Shown: positions 51,927 through 64,000 of the stretch, piece after piece
Layout of the letters: each line of letters begins with the position of its first letter
Position numbering within the stretch: position 1 is the stretch's first letter
NCBI RefSeq assembly: GCF_009914755.1
Contig: NC_060927.1
Length of the DNA: 64,000 nt
DNA from: the human T2T-CHM13v2.0 reference genome, Homo sapiens
Reading direction: 5' to 3' (one strand)
Notes under the pieces: generated by a model
Database searches by the model: none
What the model saw: only the letters and a program-made list of their open reading frames with translations
Told to the model about the DNA's origin: nothing
Translations under genes and position numbers: made by a program

Positions 51927-53474
51927 CTATTTGATTTTGATAGAGTGAGGAGTGGAGAAGGAAAGGGTCGACCACGATGCTGGAGTCCACCTCTTCTGGA
52001 GGAGAATGAGTCTGTGAGAAGAGAGCTCATATGTAACCAGATGGTTTATTTTTATTTCTGAGGCATGAGAAACTTTTCATTAGCTCCTTATTTTCTCAAG
52101 CCAGTATATACATTTATTTTTAAATAAGCTAAATAAAGAATTCACCTGACCCTAAAGGTGTATTTCCCAATTGCTATATCTGAAAGACTTAAAAGAAAGA
52201 GAAGTTTGTAAAATACTAGACACAAAGATCAAACTATCTAAAGAAGAATTCTAAAAAAGCAATCGAATATGACTTTGGTCAGTAGTTTTTACCACAAAGA
52301 TCTAAATTCAAAATGATATCTACATATTCTAAAAAATAATGAAAAAAACCTTTATCTGATATTTTGGAATGCTGGCCATAAAACTTAATTTTATAATTAA
52401 TTTGACAGGGTATATCCTCATAAGATTAAGGCCTACAGAATGGCATGAGAATAAGGGTCTAACTTTCAACTCATTAATTTTTCCCCAAATCAGGAGGACA
52501 CTGATGATTTAAAAACTCAGGATTTTGATGATGGCAATACTGGTCTGTTATAGAATTTGACCTGCACATAGTTTTGTAAAAGAGTGTGTGTTAGCAGTTA
52601 CATTTATATTCTTAAGTTACTCCTATTAATGCAAAAATCAATAACCGCAATCTAAAAAATCCCTATTAGACTTTAAATGAGATGTCTGACTTCCAGAGTT
52701 TACTTAGCTTGAAAGTAAACAAATTAAACTTGCTTCCTTGTGGGATTAAGCTGTACTTGAGAGTTTCCAACTATACAATTATTTTAACACATCATTATAA
52801 CCAGAATCACAATAATAGTGACTTTTAATTTTATGAAAAGAATTTGTTCTGACAAAACCAAAAAATCAGAAATCACATTTTTGCAAATGAAGACTTCCAG
52901 AAGATTTTGCTTAATCAGTGAAGAAGAAATTCTTATTAATATATTTTTAGATATGAGAGCTATACAAAGAATTCACCTGCAATGCAATCAATTAATAGTT
53001 GTCCTCTATAACAAGTAGGTAAATGGACTACAGGATTTGTCCACTTACATTGAATAGAATTTGTTCTACAGCTGTTCACAGTGTAGTAAGACCTCTGTTG
53101 CTCTCGCCCTATCCCGGGACTGCTCTAGGAATCTAGCTTACTTCCTACCTGCTCTGAGACACAGTTGTACAAGCTCAAATGGAGACATTCTAAGAATAAA
53201 TTAGCTTCTAAGGCATTCTGAAAACAGCAATGTTTGTAAGATTTTTTGGTTTTTTTGGTGGGGGAAGCAGACACAGGATCACATTTTCAGAGTGATAAGC
53301 TTATCTAGAACCTCATTCCATAACACTGGGGGCTTATGTACAACCTCCTCCAAGGATGAAAATTCTCCTTCAGTTTTTTATCTAGATGTCTCTTTAGCCC
53401 CTTTTGTAGAGATATTTACACTACCACTAGAATAGTATTGCCTAGTTACCTATTAACTTATTCTGAAGTCATTA

Positions 53475-53912
53475 CAGTTGACCCTCGAACAATGCAGAGG
53501 TTGGTCGTTAGGGGCACTGATCACTTTGTGCAGTAGTTTTGACTCCTCAAAAATTTAACTAACAGCTTACTTTTGACTAGAAATGATACTGATAATATAA
53601 ACAACACGTATTCCTTATGTTATATGTATTATATACTGCATTCTTACAGCAAAGTAAACTAAAGAAAATATTAAGAAAATCATAAGAAAGAAAATATGTA
53701 TTTACTATTCATTAAGTGGAAGTGGATCACTATAAAGATCTTTATCCTCATTGTCTTCATGTGGAGTAAGAGGAGTGGTTGGTCTTGCTGTCTCAGAGGT
53801 GGCAGAGGCAGAAGGGGAAGAGGAGGTGGAAGAGGACGCAGAACAGCAGGCATACTGGTTGTAACGTTTATTGGGAAGTCTGCCTATAAGTGGACCTGTG
53901 CAGTTCAAACCC
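53475..53912 (-). mobile_element. Tigger2a/2b-type element missing one TIR
   Basis: Starts TA-CAGTTGACCCTCGAACAA and is the reverse complement of the copy at 3399-3815. Cut off after GTGGACCTGTGCAGTTCAAACCC. Confidence 0.82.
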
Positions 53913-54459
53913 TGATTTTACAGGCTACTAGGTGGAAGGGACTTGCCTTGTCTCAGATTAACCTTGTTTTTGGACTTGGACTTTTGGGGTTAATGCTGGA
54001 ATGAGTTAAGACTTTGGGGGACTGTCAGGAAGGCATGATTGTGTTCTGAAATGTAAGGACATGAGATTTGGGAGAGGCCGGGGCAGAATTACATGGTTTA
54101 GCTTTGTGTCCCCACCCAAATCTCATCTTGAATTGTAATCCGCAAGTGTTAAGGGAGGAACCTGGTGGGAAGTGATTGGATTATGGGTATGGTTTCCCCA
54201 TGGGGTTCTTGTGAAAGTGAGTGAGTTCTCACAAGATCTGATGGTTTTATAATTGTCTGGCATTTCTCCTGCTCACTTCTTCTCCTTCCTGCGGCCTTGT
54301 AAAGAAGATGCCTTGCTTTCCCTTGGCCTTCTGCCATGATTGTTTAAGTTTCCTAAGGCCTCCCCAGCCATGCTGAACTATGAGTCAATTATACCTTTCC
54401 TTTAAAAATTACCCAGTCTTGGGCAGTTCTTTATAGCAGTACAAAAACGAACTAATACA
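53913..54459 (+). mobile_element. THE1D-type MaLR: 3' end of internal region (53913-54088) plus 3' LTR (54089-54459)
   Basis: GATTTTACAGGC...GTTAATGCTGGAATGAGTTAAGACTTTGGGGGACTG...GGGGCAGAA (polypurine tract), then ATGGTTTAGCTTTGTGTCCCCACCCAAATCTCATCTTGAATTGTA...ACTAATACA. Confidence 0.88.
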
Positions 54460-54574
54460 ACAGTATTTATCAAATTGTAACTAGAAAGGAAGTAGAAACT
54501 TGATACAATGGGCAAGTTAATCTGGTCTAATCCCTAAATCTTATTAAATATGACTTCTTGATTATTTTCTTAAC

Positions 54575-54871
54575 ATTTATTTATTTATTTAGAGATGGAA
54601 TCTCGCTCTGTCATCCAGGCTGGAGTGCAGTGGTGCAGTCTTGGCTCACTGCAACCTCTGCCTCCTGGGTTCAAACGATTCTCCTGCCTCAGCCTCCTGA
54701 GTAGCTGGGATTACAGGCACGTGCCACCATGCCTGGCTAATTTTTGTATTTTTAGTAGAGACGGGGTTTCACTGCATTGGCCAGGCTGGTCTCGAACTCC
54801 TGACCTCATGATTTGCCCACCTCGGCCTCCCAAAGCGTTGGGATTACAAACGTGAGCCATGGCGCCTGGCC
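54575..54871 (-). mobile_element. AluS element
   Basis: Dimeric Alu with (TTTA)n tail on the + strand. Confidence 0.95.
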
Positions 54872-55301
54872 AGTATTTTATTTTTAATCACATGTATTGA
54901 ATAGATTATCTAAGACCACTTCCAGGCTGCTTTCTGTTTTGCCATGCAGCAGAGCTCTAAACCATCTTATAACTCTAATCAGTTGGTATGGTCATGGAAT
55001 TCCTATTCATCTAAACATAATATGATTTCCCAGAAAATCTTCTGAGAAAATACCCCTCAACACTAGGCAAATATGATGTCTTCCAAATCACTCTTTTAAA
55101 GATCTTTGCTTTGCTTTTTGGACCACATTACATTATTTAGTTATTTAACAACAATTTGTTAAATCCTTATTAAGACAAAATGCTGAAAACTGAATCCTAC
55201 TGCCCTTCTTTAATAATTTTTATAATTGGGAGTACCCCTAACCCTGAAGTTTCCTTATAACTTTTTTTTTTTTTTAAGAAAATGTGTTCCCACTTTGATA
55301 C

Positions 55302-55424
55302 CTTATTGTCAGTCCTAATCGTGACTTTCAGTTGCGGTAGTACACGTTCCACTTCTAGGCTCCATTCTGCAGCATCTGTTGTGGATTCCAAAATATCTTC
55401 TTGTTTGGCAGTCTCGTTCATATC
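55302..55424 (-). CDS. IFT57: IFT57 internal coding exon (probably exon 6; DMNETAKQEDILESTTDAAEWSLEVERVLPQLKVTIRTDNK)
   Basis: Translation recognised as human IFT57/HIPPI. Acceptor ...tttcttag (AG at 55426-55425), donor AAG|GTATCA (GT at 55301-55300). 123 nt, phase 0-0. Confidence 0.97.
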
Positions 55425-55780
55425 CTAAGAAAGGAAAGATATCACAAGATTGAGAGTTTATAAAAAGAAATGGTAAAAATTTGAGGCATTTTAGCAGTAC
55501 TGCACAATTTAAATCAAGAATTGGTAGTGTTAAAATTATAGTGGAAGAAGAAATTATTTTCTGTCTTCCTACAATGTTGAAAGAAAATAATGCACCAACC
55601 TGGTAGAATAGCAAAATATGTATTAAAAAAGAAGCAAATATATGATTCAACTATTTTTACAAGGAAAAATGTTTCTGAGACATCAGATTGAACTCAATAG
55701 GAATACCATCAAATGGACCAACAAGCCATTTAGGTATGTTAATTGGTAACAGTAGAGAAGATGTTTGGTAAGAAAACTCA

Positions 55781-55979
<199 letters not shown>

Positions 55980-56449
55980 AAACACTTAAATTTATCACAC
56001 TGAAATACAAACCCCAAATCTGAAAGACAAAATATAAAAAAATTCCAGAAGCAAAGAATCACTATTTACAAAATTTGTATTCATAATTGAAGTGATAATT
56101 TATTAGGTCAAATTACAATATAGCTTAAAGCGTAATTTAATATAGACATACTTGAACTCAAATAGGGAGGGGGCCAAATTTCTGCATTTGCTTTCTGCAT
56201 TGGAATAATAAAAATCAATCATGATTGTTTCTGAATTACAACAAAAAAGGCCTACTCTTTTCTTTTTTCTCAGCCCTTCACATTTCAGCATTAAGTATGT
56301 ATGGATCTGAAAATATAAATAATGTAGATTAATGATTTAAAGATAAAATCTAAGGCAGTAATTTTGGTACCAATTCTTCCCTTTAACTCCCTTAATAAAT
56401 TATAAGTAAATCTAAAGAAAAAATTAAAATATCAATATTTATATAGAGA

Positions 56450-56860
56450 AAAAGATACTAAAGGGATATAAACAGACTTAAAATGTATGAACCTTATATG
56501 AATTCTAATTTGAATAATCTATAAAAAGATATTTTTGAGACAATCAGTGAAATTTTAATATGGGAGATACTGGATGATATTAAGAAATTACTAATTTTAT
56601 AGATATGACATGGCATGGTTTTTTTTAAAAGGGCCTTATAAGTTAGAAATAAATGCTAAAATATTTACAGATGAATTGACAAAATGTCTGAATTTTACTT
56701 TAAAATACTATGAGGCAAAGAAAAAAAGGGAGGCGGCTTTAAATAAAACATGATTGACAAAATGTTAACAACTGTTGAAACTGGATAGCGTGGCATGTTC
56801 ATTATCTTATTCTAATTTTGTATATGTTTGAAACATTCCATAACACAAAATTTAAAAACA
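56450..56860 (+). mobile_element. L1MC4/5-type 3' fragment
   Basis: ATATTTTTGAGACAATCAGTGAAATTT, GATGATATTAAGAAATTA, ATATTTACAGATGAA and TTTTGTATATGTTTGAAA motifs. Confidence 0.65.
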
Positions 56861-57917
56861 AAAACTAGGTGAACAACCTCATGATGAAATTACATTCTCA
56901 ATATATATTTATGTCACTAAAATCACATTTCTTAAATGAAAGCTCATTGGATTAGTCTTTCCAATCAGATGTAACACTAATCAGAAGATTAATCTTACAT
57001 TAGGGTTTGTATTTTTGTGGGAGACTGAGGTCATTAGAGGCTTTGAACTCACTCCCAATTAAGACTCTGGAACAGAGCTAACATAAGAAAGCCTCTCCTA
57101 CCTCCTAGCTCATAACAGCAAGTCCTGTTTAGACTCAGAGCCTTAAAGCCTATACTGCTTTTTGTTCAGATTCAAGGGACTATATATTTCTAACTTCACC
57201 ATTTGAGAATGGATAACTAATACATGTTTTTACACTGTATAATATGTGGTCTGAATGTATTCAGTTACATTCCATTTAGAAAACCAGAAGTATAAAAAAA
57301 CAAAACATTAAGTAAAATGTGAAAAAAAAGCTCAAGATTCTACTTTAAACATTTAAATATGGAAACATTGTATTATTCTGAGTACTTAATGCTGTATACT
57401 TCTATATATATTGGATCTAGGGTAGCCCAAGAGTATCATAGCTGGGGAAGGAGGTGCTGCATTCACAAAGCAGATACATGTGAAGTTACATGAGAATGTG
57501 TACTATGGCAGGAAAAGAGATAATGGGTCTCTGTGTCAAAACCTAAAGCAATAGGGAAGGTTCTCTGCCATGTAAATCCACACTGGCATCAGTAAGATGC
57601 ATATGTTTGGAAGAACTAGGCATATGCACATTCACTGGCACATTGAGTACCTGTCTTAGACTCTACGAGACCCAGCTTCTCATTTTCTATACCACACAGG
57701 ATAGACTAATGGGGGCTGGGGTAGTGAGGACATATGCCTTGCTAGTGGTATGTGAGCCCTGACCTCAGGGCATGTGTGTGGGTATACACAAAGGGTTACT
57801 CCTGCCAGGGGTTATGGGCAATCCCAATCCTGCAAAACCAGGCTGAAACAAGACAGCATGCCCTCTCAGCAGCAGTTCTGAGTGATTCTTAATAGAATGC
57901 AGGTATTGCATCAAATG

Positions 57918-59950
57918 ATAAATTCAGTAACATTATAGGGAACAAAATCAATATATAAAAATCAGTATCATTTCTATATGCCAACAGTGAAAAATTTGAA
58001 GTAGAAACCAAGAAAGTAATTCCATTCACGACAGCTAAAATAAAATACCTAGGAATAAACTTAATCAAAGGAGTGAAAAAATCTTTAGAATGAAACTACA
58101 AAAACACTGATGAAAGAACTGAAGAGGACACAGAAAAGGGAAAGATATTCCAAGTTCATGGTCTGGAAAAATAAATATTATTAAACTGTCCATACTACCC
58201 AAAGCAATCTACAGATGCAATCCCTATAAAAATACTAATGACATTCTTCACAGAAATAAAAAAAAAAAATTCTAAAATTTATAAGGAACTACAAAAGACC
58301 CAGAATAGTCAAAGCAATCCTGAGCAAAAAGAACAAAGCTGGAATCATTGCATTACCTGACTTCAAATTATACTACAAAGCTACCATAACTAAAACAGCA
58401 TGGTTCTGGCATAAAAACAGATGCAAAGACCAATGGAAAAGAATACAGAATCCAGATTTAAATCCATGCATTTATAGCCAACTCATTTCTGATAAAAACA
58501 CCAAGAACATACATTGTGGAAAGGACAGTCTCTTCAATACATGGTGCTGGAAAAACTGGATATTCATATGTAGAAGAATGAAACTAGATGCCTATCTCTT
58601 ACCATACACAAAAATCAAATAAATATGGATTAAACACTTCAATCTATGACATGAAAACACTGGGGAAACACTCCAGAACATTGGTCTGGGCAAAGATTTC
58701 TTAAGTAAGACCTCAAAAGCACAGATAGACAAAGCAAAAATGGACAAATGGGATCATGTCAAGCTAAAAAGCTTCTGCACAGAAAAGGAAGCAATCAACA
58801 AAATGAAGAGACAACCCACAGAATGGGAGAAAATATTTGCAAACTACCCATCTGAAAGGGGATTAACAATCAGAATATATAAGAAGTTCAAACAACTCAG
58901 TAGGAAAAAAACCCAAATGATCTAATTAAAAAATAGGCAAAAGATCAAAAAGAGACATTTCTCAAAACAAGTCATACAAATGGCCAGCAATTATACGAAA
59001 AAATGATCACTAATCATTACTAATCACCAGAGAAATGCGAACCAAAACCACAAGATACCATTTTACCTCAGTTAAAATGGTTTTATCAAAAAGACAGGCA
59101 ATAACAAATGCTGGCAAGGATATGGAGAAAGGGGAACACTTGTATAGTGTTGGTGGGAAAGTAAATTAATACAGTCACTATGGAGAACACTTTGGAGGTT
59201 CCTCAAAAAACTAAAAATCTATCATATAATCTAGCAATGCTGCTGCAGAGCATATACCCAAAAGGAAGGAAATCAGTATGTTAAAGAGAAATCTGCATTC
59301 GCATGTTTACTGCAGCACTATCCACAATAGCCGAGATAGGGAATCAACCTAAGTGTTGATCAAGGGATGAATGGATAAAGAAAACAAGGTATATATACAC
59401 AATGGGATATTATTTAGCCATAAAAAGAATGAAATTTTGTCATTTGTAGCAACATGGATGGAATTGGAGGTCATTATGTTAAATGAAATATGCCAGGAAC
59501 AGTAAGACAAATATCACATGTTCTCACTCATATGTGGGAGGTAAAAATAAGTAGATTTCATGGAGGTAGAGAGTAGAATGATGGTTACCAGAGATTGAGA
59601 ATGGTAGCGGGGAGGAGGGATAAAAAGTGAATGGTTATTGGGTATGAAAATATAGTTATTTAAAACTGCATTAGTTATATAGAAAAAATAAGACCTAGTG
59701 TTCGGTAGCACAATAGGGCAACTATAATTAACGGTAATGTATTATATATTTCAAAATACCTAAAAATGTGGAACGGGAATGTTCTTAACACAAAGAAATG
59801 ATAAATGCTTGAGGTGATTGATAGCCCAATTACCCTGATCTGATCATTACGCATTGTATGCCTTGTATCAAAATATCACATACACCCCATAAATATGCAC
59901 TATGTGTTCATAATAACTAAAGATAAAAAAATAAAAAATATATAAAAATA
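57918..59950 (+). mobile_element. L1MA (about MA1-4) 3' 2 kb, ORF2 end plus 3' UTR
   Basis: ORF2 remnant [36 protein letters not shown] (58740..58925), L1MA-type UTR CACAAAGAAATGATAAATGCTTGAGGTGA, A-rich tail. Confidence 0.9.
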
Positions 59951-61529
59951 AGTTTGATTTATGGAGTACCATTTGGGTGAACTGAAGCTAGATGCTGTTG
60001 ATTAAATCCCAAAGCCAGTGCTCTCCAACCCTCATTTCCACCCTCATTTCCAACCCCTCTTTCTTTCCCTCCTTACAAGATTGAAGTTCAGAATCACCAA
60101 ACAAGACAAGGGCGCACACCCGTCCATACTACCACTTTCTTCAGGCCTGGATGTAGGATTGTTCAAGTTGTGAATAACATACTCAAAATGTTTTACTGAA
60201 GGAAGGGCATTTTTCATAAAGGCAGATGGGTTTGCAGTGGCCATTTGAACTAGACCTAGAATCTGAGGCAGCAGGGTACATAAAGATCAAACACTGCATT
60301 AAGATATGCCACTGCATAAGCTATTTGTTTTTATGTTGGGCCCTTTAGTAAGTTGCATTTACCTTTACTAGCTTATTATTTGGTTCCCTTAAGCAACGAT
60401 TTGCTAACTCCCACTCCCAATGTTCTAAAATGATTTAACATAGGAGCTCAAAAATTTTCACTCACTCGTAGGCCATAATTAATATACTAGGGGAAATGGC
60501 CCAGTTGCTAAGTGAATAAAGGGCAAAAAGAGAACATTAGGTTTGGCAGAGCAGCATTAACTTATTCAAACTATACAGTTTCTTTCTACATCCATGTTTG
60601 CATATCTATTTCATAACCTCATTCCTCACTCAACATTTCTTAATGCCTAATAACTTGATACATTAACTGAGCAAGCCCTATATATAAAGTATAAATCATT
60701 TTAAAACTATACTGTGCCTTGGTTATAATACTTTGAGAAAATTTTTCTTCCCAATTGTTTTTCCATTTCATAAATGGTACTTTATGTGGGTCACTTGTAC
60801 AAGAGAAATAAACTGCTTTTCATTTAATCAAAATTTTATATCATCATGACAAAGTCCCTCTCTAACACATTAACTAATATAAAGCATTGCTTTTGGGAAA
60901 TTCCATTTTCCAGTTACTGCTGCAGAAGAAACAATTAGAAGCTCATAAGACACAAGTTATCTAGAAGTCTCATTTATAATTAATTAAATTAATAAGCCAT
61001 TTGTTAAACTCCTACAACATTCAAGGTAAGAATTCAGGCACTGTGCTTGGTGTGGAAAGCTAAAAGGATTTAAATGCTGCCTGCAGAGTTTGCAGACTAC
61101 TAGGAAAAGTCTGAGGCCAGTTAATGGGAGTAATAATTGGTCCTAGGTAAAAGGAGAAACTGATGAGATGGGAACTGATCCTAACTGCCAAAGGAAGAAC
61201 TGAAAATAACAGTCTACACTATCCCATAAAGTAACCTTGGGCTCAAACAGTGGGGCACACCATCGAAGTCAGTTCAAGAATCAAACATACAGTGTTAAAA
61301 GCCTACTTAGAATCCTGTTCCAGTAATCTTTGGTCAAGCATCAAAGAAAGGCTATGTTCTGTAAAAATATACATGAGATGGCAACTTCATGGATATACTA
61401 GTGTCCAGATTCATTTGAAGAGCTTATATCATATACCTACTGAGAGGGTGTTAAAAGTCCAATTAACTCTCAAGATTAAATACTCCCAAGACTCAAGGAA
61501 AAGGGAACTAAGTTGTCTTAAGAGTCACA

Positions 61530-61990
61530 ACAGCATGGTGTAAATGTTAAGAGGATGGGTCTGGAATCACATCTTTGCTCAAATCCCACCTCCATGACTT
61601 ACTAGCTGTTGGTCAAGTTACATAACCTCTCTAAATCTCGGAGTACCCATCTGTAAAATGAGAATAACAGCACCTTCCTCATTGGAAGGGTTGCTGTGAG
61701 CATTAAATGAGACAATGTATTTAAAAGGCTTGCACAGTGTATAATACATATTAACCCCTGGTATATTTTAGCAGTTATTATCATTACTATTACATGCCAA
61801 ACACGGTACTAGATGCTTTTACATATGGGTTAAATGCCCAATAATAACACCATGAAACAGGGAGTCTTATTACCATCTTTTAAAGTGAGGAAACTGAGGC
61901 ACAGAATAGTTACATGACTTTTTCAATGTCACATCTTGTGATTGGTAGGTCAGGCAGTGTTACTCTAGAGCACAAGCTCTAAAACACCTT
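61530..61990. mobile_element. Two MIR elements tail to tail (+ ~61530-61785, - ~61785-61990)
   Basis: MIR core CATCTGTAAAATGAGAATAA on + strand and GAGGAAACTGAGGCACAGA (reverse core). Confidence 0.75.
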
Positions 61991-62160
61991 AGCACATGTC
62001 TATCAACCCTTTGCACATAGGCTATAATTATTTTTCTCCAGTTCATCACTTGTATTTTAACTTAACGGTGTTCCCCACTCTGCTTTCTTGTAATATAAAG
62101 TTTTAATTTTTATGCATTCAGATTTGTATTTTATGTTTTTGATTTTCTTGTCATGCTTAA

Positions 62161-62521
<361 letters not shown>

Positions 62522-63419
62522 TCGTGTTTTTATTTTATTTTTGTGCCTTATTATTTGTTATTGTGATCCATGTGGAGTTAATTTGGGTGTAATGTATGAG
62601 GGAGGAATCCAGCCTTTTCTACAAATGGATTAGCCTATTATCTCTTTACCATTTAATTGAACAGTTCAGTTTTCCTCACTGATTTGCATTGCTTCATATA
62701 CTAACATTACCACATATTTGTATTATTTTATAGATTCTATACTACTTTGTTAACTTCTGTGTATATTTTCAGACTTATAAAAAATTGCATCAATATCACA
62801 CAAAAAATTTCCATATACCCTTCATTCAGACACCACTTCCAAATGTTCTCATCTTACATAACTTTGGGCTAATTATGAATAAAGGGGTACAATGTTTCTA
62901 TCTGAATGCTGAGATTTGGGAAACTTTTCACATTTTTCTTTATACTCTTTTGTTGTTTCATTTTTTAAAAAAACCCACGGAACATATTTTACTTTAAAAA
63001 AGAATAAAGTTTTTTCAATAAGCAGGTAAAAATAAAATTTGATTAACTTCCAAAAACTAGCTGGTACAGGTGGTATGCTGTAGGAGTCTGAATGAGAAAG
63101 ACAAGTATGTTTTAATGCAATAATGAGTTTTAAGTTTAGCCTAACAAGAATGTATGGGAATATAGACAGGCAGAAAAGAGACAAGCCAAGTGTTTACAGT
63201 GAGGAAAACGGCATAAGCCAAAAAACTGAAATAGGAATGAATATAACTTGTGAAGATCAAAATGAGAAAAGAGTCTAGGGGCTTAAAAAGGTGAATACTG
63301 GGGAGGAAAAAAGAGTTAAGTACATTGTGAAAGACCTTCAAATCTAAGGTAAGGAATATGAATTTTGTCCTCCAGCCAGAAAAGAAGCCAAGAAGTTATA
63401 GGCAAGGTGCAATCACTGT

Positions 63420-64000
63420 ATTTATTAATATTTATCCAACAACTATTTACTTAGTGCCCACTATGTTCCACATACTGTTACAGTCCAGGAATAGTGACTA
63501 AAACAATAATCCTCACGAATAAAACATGCTAGTTATGTTTTATAGATTTATGGGTTTTTGTAGATTTTTGGGTTTGCTGTGGGACTAAATGGGGCAAGGT
63601 GATAAGGGAAGTGTCACTTAGGAGATAGAAGAGATAGAATTTGAGCTGAACCTTGAACATTTGAGTCAGGTAGAGAGACAGTGGGAAGGTATTTTAGAAA
63701 AGAGACAATAGGAAAGAGAAGCATTGGATGGGAGCAGATATGCTCACAAGGTGTTTGAAAGCCTATGAGGGCACCCATTTAACTGGAATAAAGGGTTTGT
63801 AGAAGAAAATGAGGTTAGCTGTGTAGACAACAGTCAAATTGCTAAGGGTCTTGAAAGCCAGATCAAAATTTTATTGCTCTACACTCTATATAAATGGACC
63901 TGTAGGCAATGAAAGCCATCAATCATTGAATTCAGAATGACCTGTAATAGCCATGTTTCAGTAAGTCAGACAGAGTAGCAGGGTGAAAAATATTGTGACA
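63420..64000 (-). mobile_element. L2 3' fragment running off the window
   Basis: CAACAACTATTTACTTAGTGCCCACTATGTTCCA, TTTGAGCTGAACCTTGAA and TGTAGGCAATGAAAGCCAT motifs. Confidence 0.7.

Noticed and set aside
55197-55301. C-terminal extension of ORF 55197..55421 (VSKWEHIFLKKKK...)
   Set aside because: Lies past the GT donor at 55301. No evidence here for a retained-intron isoform.
60044-60244. 66-aa minus-strand ORF with ordinary composition and an internal GTAAGG donor-like site
   Set aside because: No recognisable homology, not part of IFT57, and expected by chance at this length.

Overview
This is human (primate) genomic DNA. The only protein-coding content is the 3' half of IFT57 (HIPPI, intraflagellar transport complex B) on the minus strand: six coding exons with GT-AG boundaries (55424-55302, 31643-31572, 30764-30633, 29272-29210, 27508-27442, 26434-26256) that splice into one uninterrupted frame of 211 aa ending ...PEPATGFY*. 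A 3' UTR follows with AATAAA signals near 26072, 25648 and 24607. Positions 1 to ~24.5 kb lie downstream of IFT57. From recalled gene order on 3q13 this is the interval towards CD47, probably including the last exon of a + strand lncRNA (LINC01215 by position only). The rest is dense in interspersed repeats: Alus (one AluYb8), L1s (one twin-primed), L2, MIR, ERV1/ERVL/MaLR LTRs and DNA transposons, including a near full-length dead Tigger2. Repeat subfamily names come from remembered consensus sequences and need RepeatMasker/Dfam confirmation. I found no convincing new biological system. The best leads are a 68-nt near-perfect intronic hairpin that looks made by template switching (42709-42776), an inverted Alu pair around IFT57 exon 6 with its weak donor, a tandem of poly(A)-tailed LTR fragments inside one target-site duplication (51282-51446), and a GATA/RUNX/KLF/E-box motif cluster at ~14.0-14.4 kb.
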